Shown in pieces: positions 50,831 to 60,224 of a stretch of DNA of 64,000 bases (its first letter is position 1; the number at the start of each line of letters is the position of its first letter). Location of the stretch: NCBI GenBank assembly GCA_038867615.1, contig JAWBYA010000001.1, forward strand, positions 224,001-288,000, in the 5' to 3' direction. The translations under genes were made by a program, and so were the position numbers. The stretch is from Sulfolobales archaeon. Its GTDB lineage: Archaea > Thermoproteota > Thermoprotei_A > Sulfolobales > AG1. The notes beneath the pieces were generated by a model. That model did no database searches. It saw nothing but the letters and a program-made list of their open reading frames with translations, and was not told the origin of the DNA.

Positions 50831-50961
50831 CTGTAGAATATTTTGAACAAAGCCATGTAATCTAATATTGGTTCTAGTTATCCTATTGGCGGCTCAACCA
50901 CCTTATTATAGAATCTTTATAAATGTGGAATGCGTATAGAATTATATGTAGATGATCGGCA

Positions 50962-52005
50962 TTGAGCACCGATAGTCCCTATGTGTTTGTGGTTGAGAGA
51001 AGCGCGGCCAGATTCTTTTTAAAAGGGTTTATGCTCCTCTTTTTCATCACAGTCTCTACCCTCCTTATAGTTACATCTATAATCATAGCCATAGACCCCA
51101 CGGTGACATCGATCCTTGTACTTATACTTGCACCTATGCTTGCACCTATTATTGTGTTCCTGCTACTGATTAGAAGGATGATGATCATAGTGAGGAGAAA
51201 CCGTGTTTTAAGAGAGCTCTCGGAGAAGCTGCAGAGCCACGGGCCAAACGCGCTCCTAGGAGAGCGGGTAGAGCTCTTCAAAGCCACCTTTGAGGGGGTG
51301 GTTGAGACATTCATGGGAGGCGTAGACAGCGGGCTTAGAAGGAGTAGGCATATTCGTACCAGAGGGATGTATATGACTACAAAGAGGCTCGAGAAGATTG
51401 GTGATGTATATTCTGGACAGGATCTGGCCGAGCTAGGCTCGGGAAACATCATGGCCTTCATTCCATCTAACGAGGGGTTCTTCGACGGAAAGATCCTGAA
51501 GATCGTTGGAGGTAATTATGACAACATAGCAATCATACCAATAACACCCAAAATTACTACTAAGGTTATTGAAGAGAGCGTCGTAGGAGATGACGATGCA
51601 TGCAACTACGGGCTAGAGCTCAAGGGATGCAGGATCAGAGGTAACATAGCACCTCTTATGTCGAAACGAGCCAGATCATATAGGGTTGAGATAGGTATAG
51701 GAGGGGATCTTCATGCAAGGGGGTTTAAACTTCCACTCAGGCTTTTCTCAAAAAGGATCTATTCGGGAGAGCCGGGAACCTTTGAGGCTGAAGCTATTAT
51801 CTGTAAACCAATGATCCTTTTGATTGATATAGACACAATAAATATGGAGGACATAGCTAGAAAGATGAAGAAGTTCCTCGGAATCAGGGATTTCTTCGGA
51901 CAGGGCGAGGCGACCTTTATAGGTTATAGAGAAAACGTGTATGTTCTAAAACTGGTTATAGACAGGCCCTTAGCGAAGGATCTTGTAAAAGAGATCCCGA
52001 TCTAG
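50962..52005 (+). CDS. Uncharacterised protein with two N-terminal TM helices, paralog of 21569-22570
   Basis: Multiple identical peptide blocks shared with 21569-22570. Confidence 0.85.
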   Translation: MSTDSPYVFVVERSAARFFLKGFMLLFFITVSTLLIVTSIIIAIDPTVTSILVLILAPMLAPIIVFLLLIRRMMIIVRRNRVLRELSEKLQSHGPNALLGERVELFKATFEGVVETFMGGVDSGLRRSRHIRTRGMYMTTKRLEKIGDVYSGQDLAELGSGNIMAFIPSNEGFFDGKILKIVGGNYDNIAIIPITPKITTKVIEESVVGDDDACNYGLELKGCRIRGNIAPLMSKRARSYRVEIGIGGDLHARGFKLPLRLFSKRIYSGEPGTFEAEAIICKPMILLIDIDTINMEDIARKMKKFLGIRDFFGQGEATFIGYRENVYVLKLVIDRPLAKDLVKEIPI

Positions 52006-52129
52006 CCTTGCTCCATGTTAAAACGATCCCACAGAACATGTCTGTAAATATATACTTAAGTTACAGAGGGTGCTGAGCAGAGGTGCTATAGATGCGTGTT
52101 ACTCGTTTTCCTGCTATTTTATAGGAAGG

Positions 52130-52921
52130 CTATGTTGCCATAGTAGATCCGCTACTCATTAGTGTGAGAGATATCTCCTCAAGCCTCCTCTTTATATGTA
52201 GCAGAGCCTCGCCCAGTATCTTGTTATTATCATAGCCATTCAATATCTCCTCAAGCTCTTCCCTAGATCTGTTCTTCAGGATCTTTATCTCTTCCACAAG
52301 AAGCGGGACAGTCCTGACAACGTTATCCACTATCGTTATATCTGCAGCCCTTGCTGTCCTTGATAACGGATTGAGGTCTATCGCTATAACCTTCTTACCC
52401 ATCCTCTTCAGAGCCTCTGTCCTATCGCCATCCTCTAGAGCTACTAGCACCACATCTGCAACTAGGATCCCCTCCCTGCTAACAAGCCTCCTCTCACTGC
52501 TAAGCCCTGGTACTCCTTCGACAACATCATCAACACCGAGAACCCTTGGCGCCCCCAACCCTATTAGCTTCCTCGCTATCCTCTCAGCCCGCTCGCGTGT
52601 CCTGTAGAATAGGTTCACCTCGAGCGGTGCTCCCAGCTCTCTTGACAGTCTAATAAGATCCTCAGGGACGAGGGCCGCTGTATTGCCATTAACACTTATA
52701 ACGGGCCTCCTTGCTAGTAGGAGGAGGGCTGCTGAGGCTTTTATAGCCTTTCTAGCAGGCTCTATTGTTTTCTCACCTATCAGGTAGTCGAAGCACTCAC
52801 CCCTCCCATGGGCTATCAGACCCTGTGGTACAACTATCCCCTCTCTGAAACCCTCGACAAGCCTCTCCCTGATTAGTAGAGACTCTCTCCTAGGATGATC
52901 CGGAGGTATCCATGTCTCCAA
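52130..52921 (-). CDS. Phosphopantothenate synthetase (archaeal PPS)
   Basis: [35 protein letters not shown] and IDLNPLSRT motifs; start refined to TTG 52921. Confidence 0.93.
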   Translation of the reverse strand: METWIPPDHPRRESLLIRERLVEGFREGIVVPQGLIAHGRGECFDYLIGEKTIEPARKAIKASAALLLLARRPVISVNGNTAALVPEDLIRLSRELGAPLEVNLFYRTRERAERIARKLIGLGAPRVLGVDDVVEGVPGLSSERRLVSREGILVADVVLVALEDGDRTEALKRMGKKVIAIDLNPLSRTARAADITIVDNVVRTVPLLVEEIKILKNRSREELEEILNGYDNNKILGEALLHIKRRLEEISLTLMSSGSTMAT

Positions 52922-53849
52922 CTGCCTCGAACCCCTTAACAGCCGGTTTATATATGCCAAGAACCTTTTTAACAAGGCTCCCTATAGATCTGGGGATCTC
53001 AAGCTCAGCACCCTTTCTATGGGCTATCACTAGGAGGGATTTCTTAGCATAGTATCCCAGCACCTCCCCCCTCCTCACAAGAGGATCAAGGGATCTATCT
53101 ATAGCATTGCCAAAATCCCCTGAGAGGAAACCTACTCTTCTAGAGAAACCGTTAGAGATCTCTAGAAACATCTCTAAACCAGGATCCTTCTGAAACTCTC
53201 TATAAGCCTCCATACCAGCACTAGCTATCCTATCCCACATGGTGCTAAGCATATCTGGGGTAGTGATCCTTCTCTCTATAGATGCTATTGTGAAGAACAC
53301 CCTATCAAGCTCAGGATCCCTTATAGCTATAGCCTCACCATAGCCCGGCGCTCCCGGCTTTAGCCTCATCACAAGCCCACCACCAGTAACCATGGCTATC
53401 ACATCCCCCAACCCTGTTAGTGAGAGAACCTCAGCCTTGTGGGCAAGCCTGGACGCTTCTAAAAGGTTCTCCTTAACAGAGCAGGATCCAAGCCTATTCT
53501 TTATCGCTTCGCAGGATAGTGCAAGGGCTATGAAGGCGCTAACAGCTCCCCCCATCCCAAGAGGTATAGATGACCTCACCTCAATACCGTTTCCAAGCAT
53601 GGCTTCCTCCTCAATGATCCTTGCAGGCTTGATCTCGACACAGCCACCATCAACCATAACCCTACAGTCTATCTTTAACCCTCTGCCATAGATGCCCGGC
53701 TCAACCAAAACCCCAGCGCCGAGGGAGCCTGTTGTGAGCGGATCACCGCTCCTAACAGGAACCCAGAACCCTGTTATATGGTGCGGGGACCTGTATATCG
53801 TGTTAGAGACCCTAGAGTAATAACCAACTCGGGGAAAAAGGTTTTCCAC
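52890..53849 (-). CDS. Pantoate kinase (GHMP family)
   Basis: [26 protein letters not shown] and PGAPG motifs; adjacent to PPS; start uncertain. Confidence 0.88.
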   Translation of the reverse strand: MENLFPRVGYYSRVSNTIYRSPHHITGFWVPVRSGDPLTTGSLGAGVLVEPGIYGRGLKIDCRVMVDGGCVEIKPARIIEEEAMLGNGIEVRSSIPLGMGGAVSAFIALALSCEAIKNRLGSCSVKENLLEASRLAHKAEVLSLTGLGDVIAMVTGGGLVMRLKPGAPGYGEAIAIRDPELDRVFFTIASIERRITTPDMLSTMWDRIASAGMEAYREFQKDPGLEMFLEISNGFSRRVGFLSGDFGNAIDRSLDPLVRRGEVLGYYAKKSLLVIAHRKGAELEIPRSIGSLVKKVLGIYKPAVKGFEAVGDMDTSGSS

Positions 53850-53855
53850 GGATCA

Positions 53856-54467
53856 TCAGTGCGTGAATTCTATATTATCAACACTCCTAACAATCCTGCC
53901 TTTATAGAGGAAATCAACCTGCCTCAAAGCAGCATATAGATCGAACTGGGTTAGTGCAGAGATCCCGTCTATAGGGACAACTATATCGAACCATCTTAGA
54001 GCAGCACTACCAGCTGTGTGGAGAACACAGATGTTAGCCACGGTTCCCGTTATTATGAGCACATCCCTCCTCAACACCCTTGAGAGGAGATGCTCTAGCT
54101 GTGTTCCGTAGAATGCATCATACCTCAGCTTCTTAATAACAATATCACCCTCAATGGGTTTGAGCTCCTCAACGATCTCTGCCCCCCATGTTTCTGCAAC
54201 AGCATGCTCCCCCCAGATCCTGAACTCAGGGTCTTCCTTCATATGCCAATCCTGTGTATAGATCACAGGTACCCCATGGATCCTAGCCCTGTTTATAAGC
54301 CTAGCTATGTTCGCTATGGTTTTGGGGGCATCGGGTACGAATAACCTTCCCCTGGGGTGGGCGAAGTCGTTCTGCATATCAACGACTATAACTGCTGCTC
54401 TAGCCGGGTCTATGCTCACCTTCTCATGGATCGTGATCTCTGGTAACTGAATACTCTGGGGAAGCAT
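53856..54467 (-). CDS. Isochorismatase/nicotinamidase-like cysteine hydrolase
   Basis: VVDMQNDF, QDWH, KLRYDAF and ANICVLHT motifs. Confidence 0.92.
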   Translation of the reverse strand: MLPQSIQLPEITIHEKVSIDPARAAVIVVDMQNDFAHPRGRLFVPDAPKTIANIARLINRARIHGVPVIYTQDWHMKEDPEFRIWGEHAVAETWGAEIVEELKPIEGDIVIKKLRYDAFYGTQLEHLLSRVLRRDVLIITGTVANICVLHTAGSAALRWFDIVVPIDGISALTQFDLYAALRQVDFLYKGRIVRSVDNIEFTH

Positions 54468-54526
54468 AGAACCACCATAGTGAACATGTGTTCGCAACTT
54501 ATAAGTTAATAATAACAACATCGAGG

Positions 54527-55546
54527 TTATATGGGTGAGAGCCTCCCCAACCTCTTCTCAAGAATACGTGGGATTGTTTTCAACACATCATCAAGAGTAG
54601 CCTTGAGAGAGGCTACAGCTGCTAGCCTATGACCTCCCCAACCTCCACCATAGACATCTGCGAGCTCTCCCAGGATTAATTCCCCTAACCCCATCTCTCT
54701 ACAAACCTCCTCCGAACATCTGGCAACGACTCTCACGAGACCATCCTTCTCCGAGAGTACTAGAGCTATATCGCACCCAGCCCCCATTAGAACCTGGGCT
54801 GACGACGCCTCGTAAGCCCCTACATGGGTTATGCATACGAGCACATTATCCCCGGATCTATATGCTGTGAGCCTTGACATCGATTTAAGCCTAGCTATCC
54901 TCTCGCTAATCTCAAGGGGTCTTTTTATGAGCCTCAATGCATCCTGTATCCTTGCACCCTGCGTCATAAGGAACCTGGTTGCCTCGATAGCTGCGAGCGA
55001 GGCTATAGATAGCGATCTTGTGTCATAGAGTATCCCGGCCAAGATCATGTTGGCAGCATCACCCGAGCTAATCTCGATAGAGAGCTCCTCTAGCATTAGT
55101 GTGCAGAGCTCTGTTGTGGATGAGGCGCCGCCCTCTATAATCCTCCTCGCTCCCGGTGATTGTTCGGGGGATATATGATGATCTATTATGTATATGTCTC
55201 TAAATACACCGCACTCCACAGGAGATCTTGAGCATGAGGGTGTGTCAACAAGGACAAGAACCCATGCGTCATTACCAACCCTTCCTGGGCACTCCTCTAT
55301 ATAGCCTTTTGAAACCATGCTCTGGAAAAGAGGCTTCGATATAAGGTCTAAACCGCCCTCTGTGACAAAGCATGCGGGCTTGCCAGAGGATCTCAGGGCT
55401 ATGAGGGAAATCGAGAGTGCTGAGGATATAGAATCAGGATCCGCTGATGGATGTGACGTTACCGCTATTCTTTTTACCCTCGAGACCTCCCACAGCTCCC
55501 TCCCTAGATCTCTTAATTCTCTCCTCAGCCTCGCCAAATCCAGCAT
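54527..55546 (-). CDS. DHH-family phosphoesterase
   Basis: HPSADPDS, VDT, IDHH, GILYDT and GWGGH..AA motifs. Confidence 0.9.
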   Translation of the reverse strand: MLDLARLRRELRDLGRELWEVSRVKRIAVTSHPSADPDSISSALSISLIALRSSGKPACFVTEGGLDLISKPLFQSMVSKGYIEECPGRVGNDAWVLVLVDTPSCSRSPVECGVFRDIYIIDHHISPEQSPGARRIIEGGASSTTELCTLMLEELSIEISSGDAANMILAGILYDTRSLSIASLAAIEATRFLMTQGARIQDALRLIKRPLEISERIARLKSMSRLTAYRSGDNVLVCITHVGAYEASSAQVLMGAGCDIALVLSEKDGLVRVVARCSEEVCREMGLGELILGELADVYGGGWGGHRLAAVASLKATLDDVLKTIPRILEKRLGRLSPI

Positions 55547-55784
55547 CGATCACCTCGTCAACTATTCTAAAAAACGTCTTATCATCAAGCGGGGCCGGTG
55601 AGAACACCTGAAGATCTATCCCGAGATCTATACCCCCATCCCTTGATCTCGCCACCTTTATTGCCACAACATATTGAGCCTTTTTACCAAGCCTTCTCTC
55701 AATCTCCTTCCCCACTCTATCCTCAACAGCTATTGCTAGATCCTCTAGAGATGATCCGCTAGCCTCCTCCGCCCTTTCTTCCAT
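55434..55784 (-). CDS. Small archaeal protein, DUF3194-like
   Basis: Acidic small protein between prefoldin beta and the DHH gene; family call is from context. Confidence 0.6.
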   Translation of the reverse strand: MEERAEEASGSSLEDLAIAVEDRVGKEIERRLGKKAQYVVAIKVARSRDGGIDLGIDLQVFSPAPLDDKTFFRIVDEVIDAGFGEAEERIKRSREGAVGGLEGKKNSGNVTSISGS

Positions 55785-56133
55785 AGTATCTTCCCATGAT
55801 CTCGTTAACCCTTGCCTCAAGATCCCTTATCTCAGAGCTTATACTAGACTCCTGCCTCTCAAGAGCCCTAAGCCTGAGCTCAAGTATATCCTTCCTATCA
55901 CTCAGCTCCTTCTCAGCGTCTTCCTTACTAACCCTCACCATGAGATGCCCAGCACTCTTGAATATAAGGGCATCGGGAGCAGCTCCCTTGAGGAGTTCAA
56001 GAGCTCTCTCAACTTCTTTCAGCTCGGCCTGAACAACACCCTTCTCAGCCTGAACCTGTCCAAGCTTCGCCCTAAGTTGCTGTAGCTTCACCGCATACTG
56101 CTCAAGCTCCGGTGGGACAACCTCCGCCAACAC
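55759..56133 (-). CDS. pfdB: Prefoldin subunit beta
   Basis: Coiled coil, IFKSAGHLMV hairpin, coiled coil, LELRL..LERQE. Confidence 0.93.
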   Translation of the reverse strand: MLAEVVPPELEQYAVKLQQLRAKLGQVQAEKGVVQAELKEVERALELLKGAAPDALIFKSAGHLMVRVSKEDAEKELSDRKDILELRLRALERQESSISSEIRDLEARVNEIMGRYYGRKGGGG

Positions 56134-56331
56134 ATACCCCTGTATAGTAGCATATGAACCCTTATTTTTTCAATTTTTCATTCCATAGAAGATCGGTAGA
56201 CCTTGCTGGAAGCCCTTCCCGGTATTTATAGCTATATAGAGACCTTCGCATTGAGCATAGCTATTGTTTTAACAAAGCCAAGGTTTATTGGTCTTGTGTT
56301 TCTGACCATTGTTTCCACGGGATCTTCGATG

Positions 56332-57174
56332 CTATCTCTTTATATAGGGCTTGAACTCATAGTCGATCTTCATTATATCGTCTGTATATAGCCTCCACCC
56401 CATAGATCCTGCCAGCTCTTCAACATGCTCTTTAGAAGTAGCCCTTGGTATTGGTACTAGTGTGCTCCACTTCTGATACCAGTTAAGGGCTATCTGGAGC
56501 GGTGTTTTCCCATACCTAGCTCCTATCTCCTTCAAAACCTGGTTTGATGATAATGCCCCTTTATCGAGGGGTGTGTATGCTAGGTATAGTATCCCCTCTT
56601 TCTCGCAATACGGTATTACATCGATCTCGTCTCCTCTGTTTGTGAGGCTATATCTATTCTCAACAACAGCTATATCCGTGTGGCTTAGTAGGGATCTAGC
56701 CTCCTCTATCTGGCTCAGGCTGAAGTTAGAAACCCCTATGCTCCTCACCAGCCCCTCCCTCCACAGATCCTCCAGAACCCTTAGAGCTTCTCTCAGGGGT
56801 GTGTCTTTCTCGAGCCAGTGTATTAGATATGAATCCACATATTCGAGACCAAGTCTCGAGAGGGAGCCTCTGAGCGATTTATAGATCGAGTCTCTATCCC
56901 TCAGATTGCGGGGATGTATCTTGGTAACTATAAAGAGATCCTCTCTACGGCCTCCCCAAACCTTTATAGCCTTGCCAACAACCTCTTCAGCAAAACCATC
57001 GCTATAGATCTCTGCTGTATCGATCAAAGTAATCCCTAGCTGAAAAGCCCTCACAACCCCCTCAACCCATATAGATTCAAGAGACCTATCAGTCCTCCTA
57101 CCCCCTGTCCCCAACCCTATTGGTGGAACACTCCTACCAAGCTTGGGTATATACTTCTGCTCCAAAGACATCAC
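56332..57174 (-). CDS. Aldo/keto reductase
   Basis: IDTAEIY, IVTK, LIHW, IGVSNF and AYTPL motifs. Confidence 0.95.
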   Translation of the reverse strand: MMSLEQKYIPKLGRSVPPIGLGTGGRRTDRSLESIWVEGVVRAFQLGITLIDTAEIYSDGFAEEVVGKAIKVWGGRREDLFIVTKIHPRNLRDRDSIYKSLRGSLSRLGLEYVDSYLIHWLEKDTPLREALRVLEDLWREGLVRSIGVSNFSLSQIEEARSLLSHTDIAVVENRYSLTNRGDEIDVIPYCEKEGILYLAYTPLDKGALSSNQVLKEIGARYGKTPLQIALNWYQKWSTLVPIPRATSKEHVEELAGSMGWRLYTDDIMKIDYEFKPYIKR

Positions 57175-57341
57175 CGAGGTAGTAATTTAAGGCATATAAT
57201 AAGCAGGGATCTCAAAACAAGAACATATGATCGTATCTATGATATTATCAAGTATACAGCAAACACTTAGCCAAACTAAACACGGGTTGGACATGCCGGC
57301 ATGATAAATAAGGACACTCTATATAATACCTTGGTGGTCTT

Positions 57342-58106
57342 CTGAGAATTGCTGCAGCATCCTGGAGCGGGGGGAAGGATTCCTATCTAGCCTTCCACAG
57401 CGCTTATGAGAAGGGATTAAGGATCCTCTATACGATCCACATGCATGTTGAAGACATGGTATCATATCACGGACCTCTAGACATCATAATGGCTCAGCAA
57501 GCCTCACTCAACACAATTGGGATTGTGAGAAGAACAACCTGGGGCGAGTATGAGAAGCATTTTAAAGAGATACTTGCAGGTCTCAAGAGAATCGGTGTTG
57601 AGGCAGCCGTATTTGGCGACATATATATCGAGGATCATAGACTGTGGGTTGAAAGAGTATGCAGAGAGATAGGGATCGAGGCTCTAGAACCCCTATGGGG
57701 ATTCAATAGTCTCGAAAACGTTAGAAGGGCTCTAAACATGGGTGTTAAAGCCCTGATCGTGAGGGTTCATGATAGAGAGCCTCTCTCAAAACATGTTGGG
57801 CGTGTATTGGATGGAGAGGTGATAGAGGATCTCGTAAGGGAGGGAATAGACCCCTCGGGAGAGCACGGCGAATACCACACAATAGTCCTCGACGCTCCCC
57901 TCTTCAGATATAGGGTAGAGATCGTTGAGGGAAGGATAGAGATCCTTAGCGGAAAGATGGCTGATAGAACCTATAGATATAGAGTGTTTATTCCAACAAA
58001 ATACAGGGTTGTTGATAAGCACGAGGGCTTCAAAAGAGCTTCTCAAGAACAAAAGCTACATAACACCCATCCCCAGAGGCTTCTACGTCCCTCAACAAAA
58101 ACCTAG
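57342..58106 (+). CDS. Diphthine--ammonia ligase-like PP-loop ATPase
   Basis: SWSGGKDS is in frame upstream of the track start; VFGDI, EPLW and DPSGEHGEYHT.V.DAPLF follow; requires a CTG start at 57342. Confidence 0.88.
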   Translation: MRIAAASWSGGKDSYLAFHSAYEKGLRILYTIHMHVEDMVSYHGPLDIIMAQQASLNTIGIVRRTTWGEYEKHFKEILAGLKRIGVEAAVFGDIYIEDHRLWVERVCREIGIEALEPLWGFNSLENVRRALNMGVKALIVRVHDREPLSKHVGRVLDGEVIEDLVREGIDPSGEHGEYHTIVLDAPLFRYRVEIVEGRIEILSGKMADRTYRYRVFIPTKYRVVDKHEGFKRASQEQKLHNTHPQRLLRPSTKT

Positions 58107-58165
58107 TATGGGTCTACCCTATCTATAGCGTGTGAATATATGATATAAAAAGATCTATTTGGTCT

Positions 58166-58660
58166 TTACTTAGCGGTCTGTCCTTTCTTAAGTTTCTCTA
58201 AAACCCTCTCTACCTCATTATAGTCAGGCTCTACCCTCGGATCTTCTGAGACCCATTTATACACAACAACACCCTTAGGATCTATTATGAACACCGCTCT
58301 CTTAGCCAGCCTCTTAAGCCCTAGCCCGAGAAGGTCTGGCATCACTACACCGTATTTCTCTATAACCTCCCTGTTATAGTCGCTCAGCAGTGTGAAGTTA
58401 AGCCTATTAACCTCTTTAAACACTCTTAGAACAAACGGGCTGTCAACACTTATACCTATCACTTCAGCGTCTAGACCCTCAAGCTTAGCCATTCTGTCTC
58501 TAAATGTGCACATCTCCCTTGTACATACCTCGGTAAATGCTCCTGGAAAGAAGGCTAGCACAACAAACCTACCCTTTGCCAGGAACTCTGAGAGGCTTCT
58601 CTTCTTAAGCGTTGTGTCTAAGAGTTCGAAGTCAGGCGCCTTCTCACCGACCTGAACCAC
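58166..58660 (-). CDS. Peroxiredoxin, BCP/PrxQ-like
   Basis: FPGAFTEVCTREMC, GISVDS, LLSD and KRAVFII motifs. Confidence 0.93.
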   Translation of the reverse strand: MVQVGEKAPDFELLDTTLKKRSLSEFLAKGRFVVLAFFPGAFTEVCTREMCTFRDRMAKLEGLDAEVIGISVDSPFVLRVFKEVNRLNFTLLSDYNREVIEKYGVVMPDLLGLGLKRLAKRAVFIIDPKGVVVYKWVSEDPRVEPDYNEVERVLEKLKKGQTAK

Positions 58661-58819
58661 TAGATTTTCACCTCATCACTTTCGTATGAAGCCTTATATA
58701 TACTCCTAACCAGCTAACCAGCATTTCACGAGGATCCAGCATCTCTAAGCGCATAATCCTTATAGAGACACATAGCTATTCTTCCACATAGCAGCAGACC
58801 TGAGGGTTATGAGGAGGAT

Positions 58820-59161
58820 TGGGCTGTTTTCTTTTTGATATATATAAGGAGGATTAATAGGTTTTGGAAATTTTCATTGATATAGGGGCAATGCCTGTGG
58901 GCTGCTTTCCTGCTAACACCCAGGGGTATTTATAGTCCTTGAAATGTATTACCCCCAGTGTGGATCTTTCCCCACAAGCCCTAGACGGGAGCAGCGCTCC
59001 AATCCATCCGGAGCTTATCCTAGATGGGATCCACATGCCCTTTGGCTCGACGGTCGCCCATGACCCCGCAGGATCAGAGATCCGAGATCCTGAGGGTGGA
59101 GACGAAAACCCCTGGATGTGACCATGAATAAAATGAGTGGAATGAAGATCCGGGGACAAAC
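58820..59161 (+). repeat. Family A leader-like element, repeat-less copy A5 with duplicated 5' head, upstream of cas6
   Basis: Reverse complement of A4 with ~13 differences in ~235 bp by hand; TATA at 58928-58935; TGGGCTG(T/C)TTTC-type head at both 58820 and 58898. Confidence 0.88.
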
Positions 59162-59247
59162 TGTGTCATATTATGCATGAAGTACAGTGTTCGCTGTGTT
59201 GTTGGGAATCGAAATATTATGGAATTTGGAATAATTATTGAGGGGCT

Positions 59248-60219
59248 ATGGAGGGTTCCGGCGAGAACTCAGGAGGGGCTTGGCATGTTGGGGATTTTCT
59301 AGTAAATATTTATTTGAGCCTGACTCCTGTTCGTGACGTGATCCTACCCCCTCTCAGCTCTAAGGTTATTAAGAATTTAATAGATTCTGGGAGCTTTCTC
59401 AAGGGTTTGGGGACTCTTAGTTCTTCAAAGGATCACTATAAGCCTTTCTTCATATCATGTCTCTATAGGGCTGATGGTAAGAGGCTATATAGAGTTCATG
59501 GCAAGAAGGGCTATGATAGTCTGTTAACTGCTAGGGGTGGGGAGCATCTCATGGCGAGGGTGTCTGCTGTTGTGCCGAGGGACGTTATAGGTGATTTGCT
59601 AGGCATTGGGAGAGGGGGTTTTGAGACGAGCTATGGCTCTTTTAATGTTGTTTTCGACAAGATCGAGGTTATAGATCTTAGGGAGCTCAGGCTCGACCTC
59701 TCAAGGGGTCTTGTTATGGTTTTTAAAACACCTGTTATCCTATCCCCGAAGATTATTCTACCACCGCTGAAGAAGATCATGGATAAGTATGGTAAAACGA
59801 AGATCGGTCATCTAACGCTACCAGTACCTGGGTTGATCTTTGCACATGCTCTCAGACTATGGAATAGATCTGTGCCGGAGGATCTTAGGTTAACGAGGCC
59901 GAATGATAAGGATGATATATACTCATACAGAGCTGCAGTGATGGGTACAGCTTTAACCGAGGTGGTGGATCACAAAACCTGGACCGAGACAGTAATTCTA
60001 GGGAAGAATGAGAAAGGGGTTCTTAGAAAGACCAGAGGGTTTAGAGGGTATATTGTTATGAATATAAAGCACAAGATCACTAGGAGGGCTATGGAGAGGG
60101 CGCTAGCCCTAGCCAAATACCTGGGGATTGGGAGGGGTAGGGGTATAGGTCTTGGCGAGGTAGAGATCGATCTTAGGGTTGAGAGAGGAGGGACCGAGCT
60201 GGGTAGCGAGGGTATCTAG
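59248..60219 (+). CDS. cas6: CRISPR-associated endoribonuclease Cas6, stand-alone
   Basis: C-terminal G-rich loop ALAKYLGIGRGRGIGLGEV (GhGxxxxxGhG); KPFFIS, F.TP and RGFRG blocks of the crenarchaeal Cas6 RAMP fold. No other cas gene in the window. Confidence 0.9.
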   Translation: MEGSGENSGGAWHVGDFLVNIYLSLTPVRDVILPPLSSKVIKNLIDSGSFLKGLGTLSSSKDHYKPFFISCLYRADGKRLYRVHGKKGYDSLLTARGGEHLMARVSAVVPRDVIGDLLGIGRGGFETSYGSFNVVFDKIEVIDLRELRLDLSRGLVMVFKTPVILSPKIILPPLKKIMDKYGKTKIGHLTLPVPGLIFAHALRLWNRSVPEDLRLTRPNDKDDIYSYRAAVMGTALTEVVDHKTWTETVILGKNEKGVLRKTRGFRGYIVMNIKHKITRRAMERALALAKYLGIGRGRGIGLGEVEIDLRVERGGTELGSEGI

Positions 60220-60224
60220 GGATT

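Noticed and set aside
50567-50836. Near-identical ORFs in A4 and A5 (50567-50836 +, 58854-59159 -)
   Set aside because: They are antisense to the element's TATA, differences often change amino acids and the C-termini diverge.
52129-52152. ATAGTAGATC partial repeat match at the PPS gene end
   Set aside because: Only a 10-nt core matches (~14/24 overall) and the handle is absent.
59090-59112. Hammerhead-like CTGAG...GAAA in A4/A5
   Set aside because: The core is CTGAGGG rather than CTGANGA and stem II cannot be formed.
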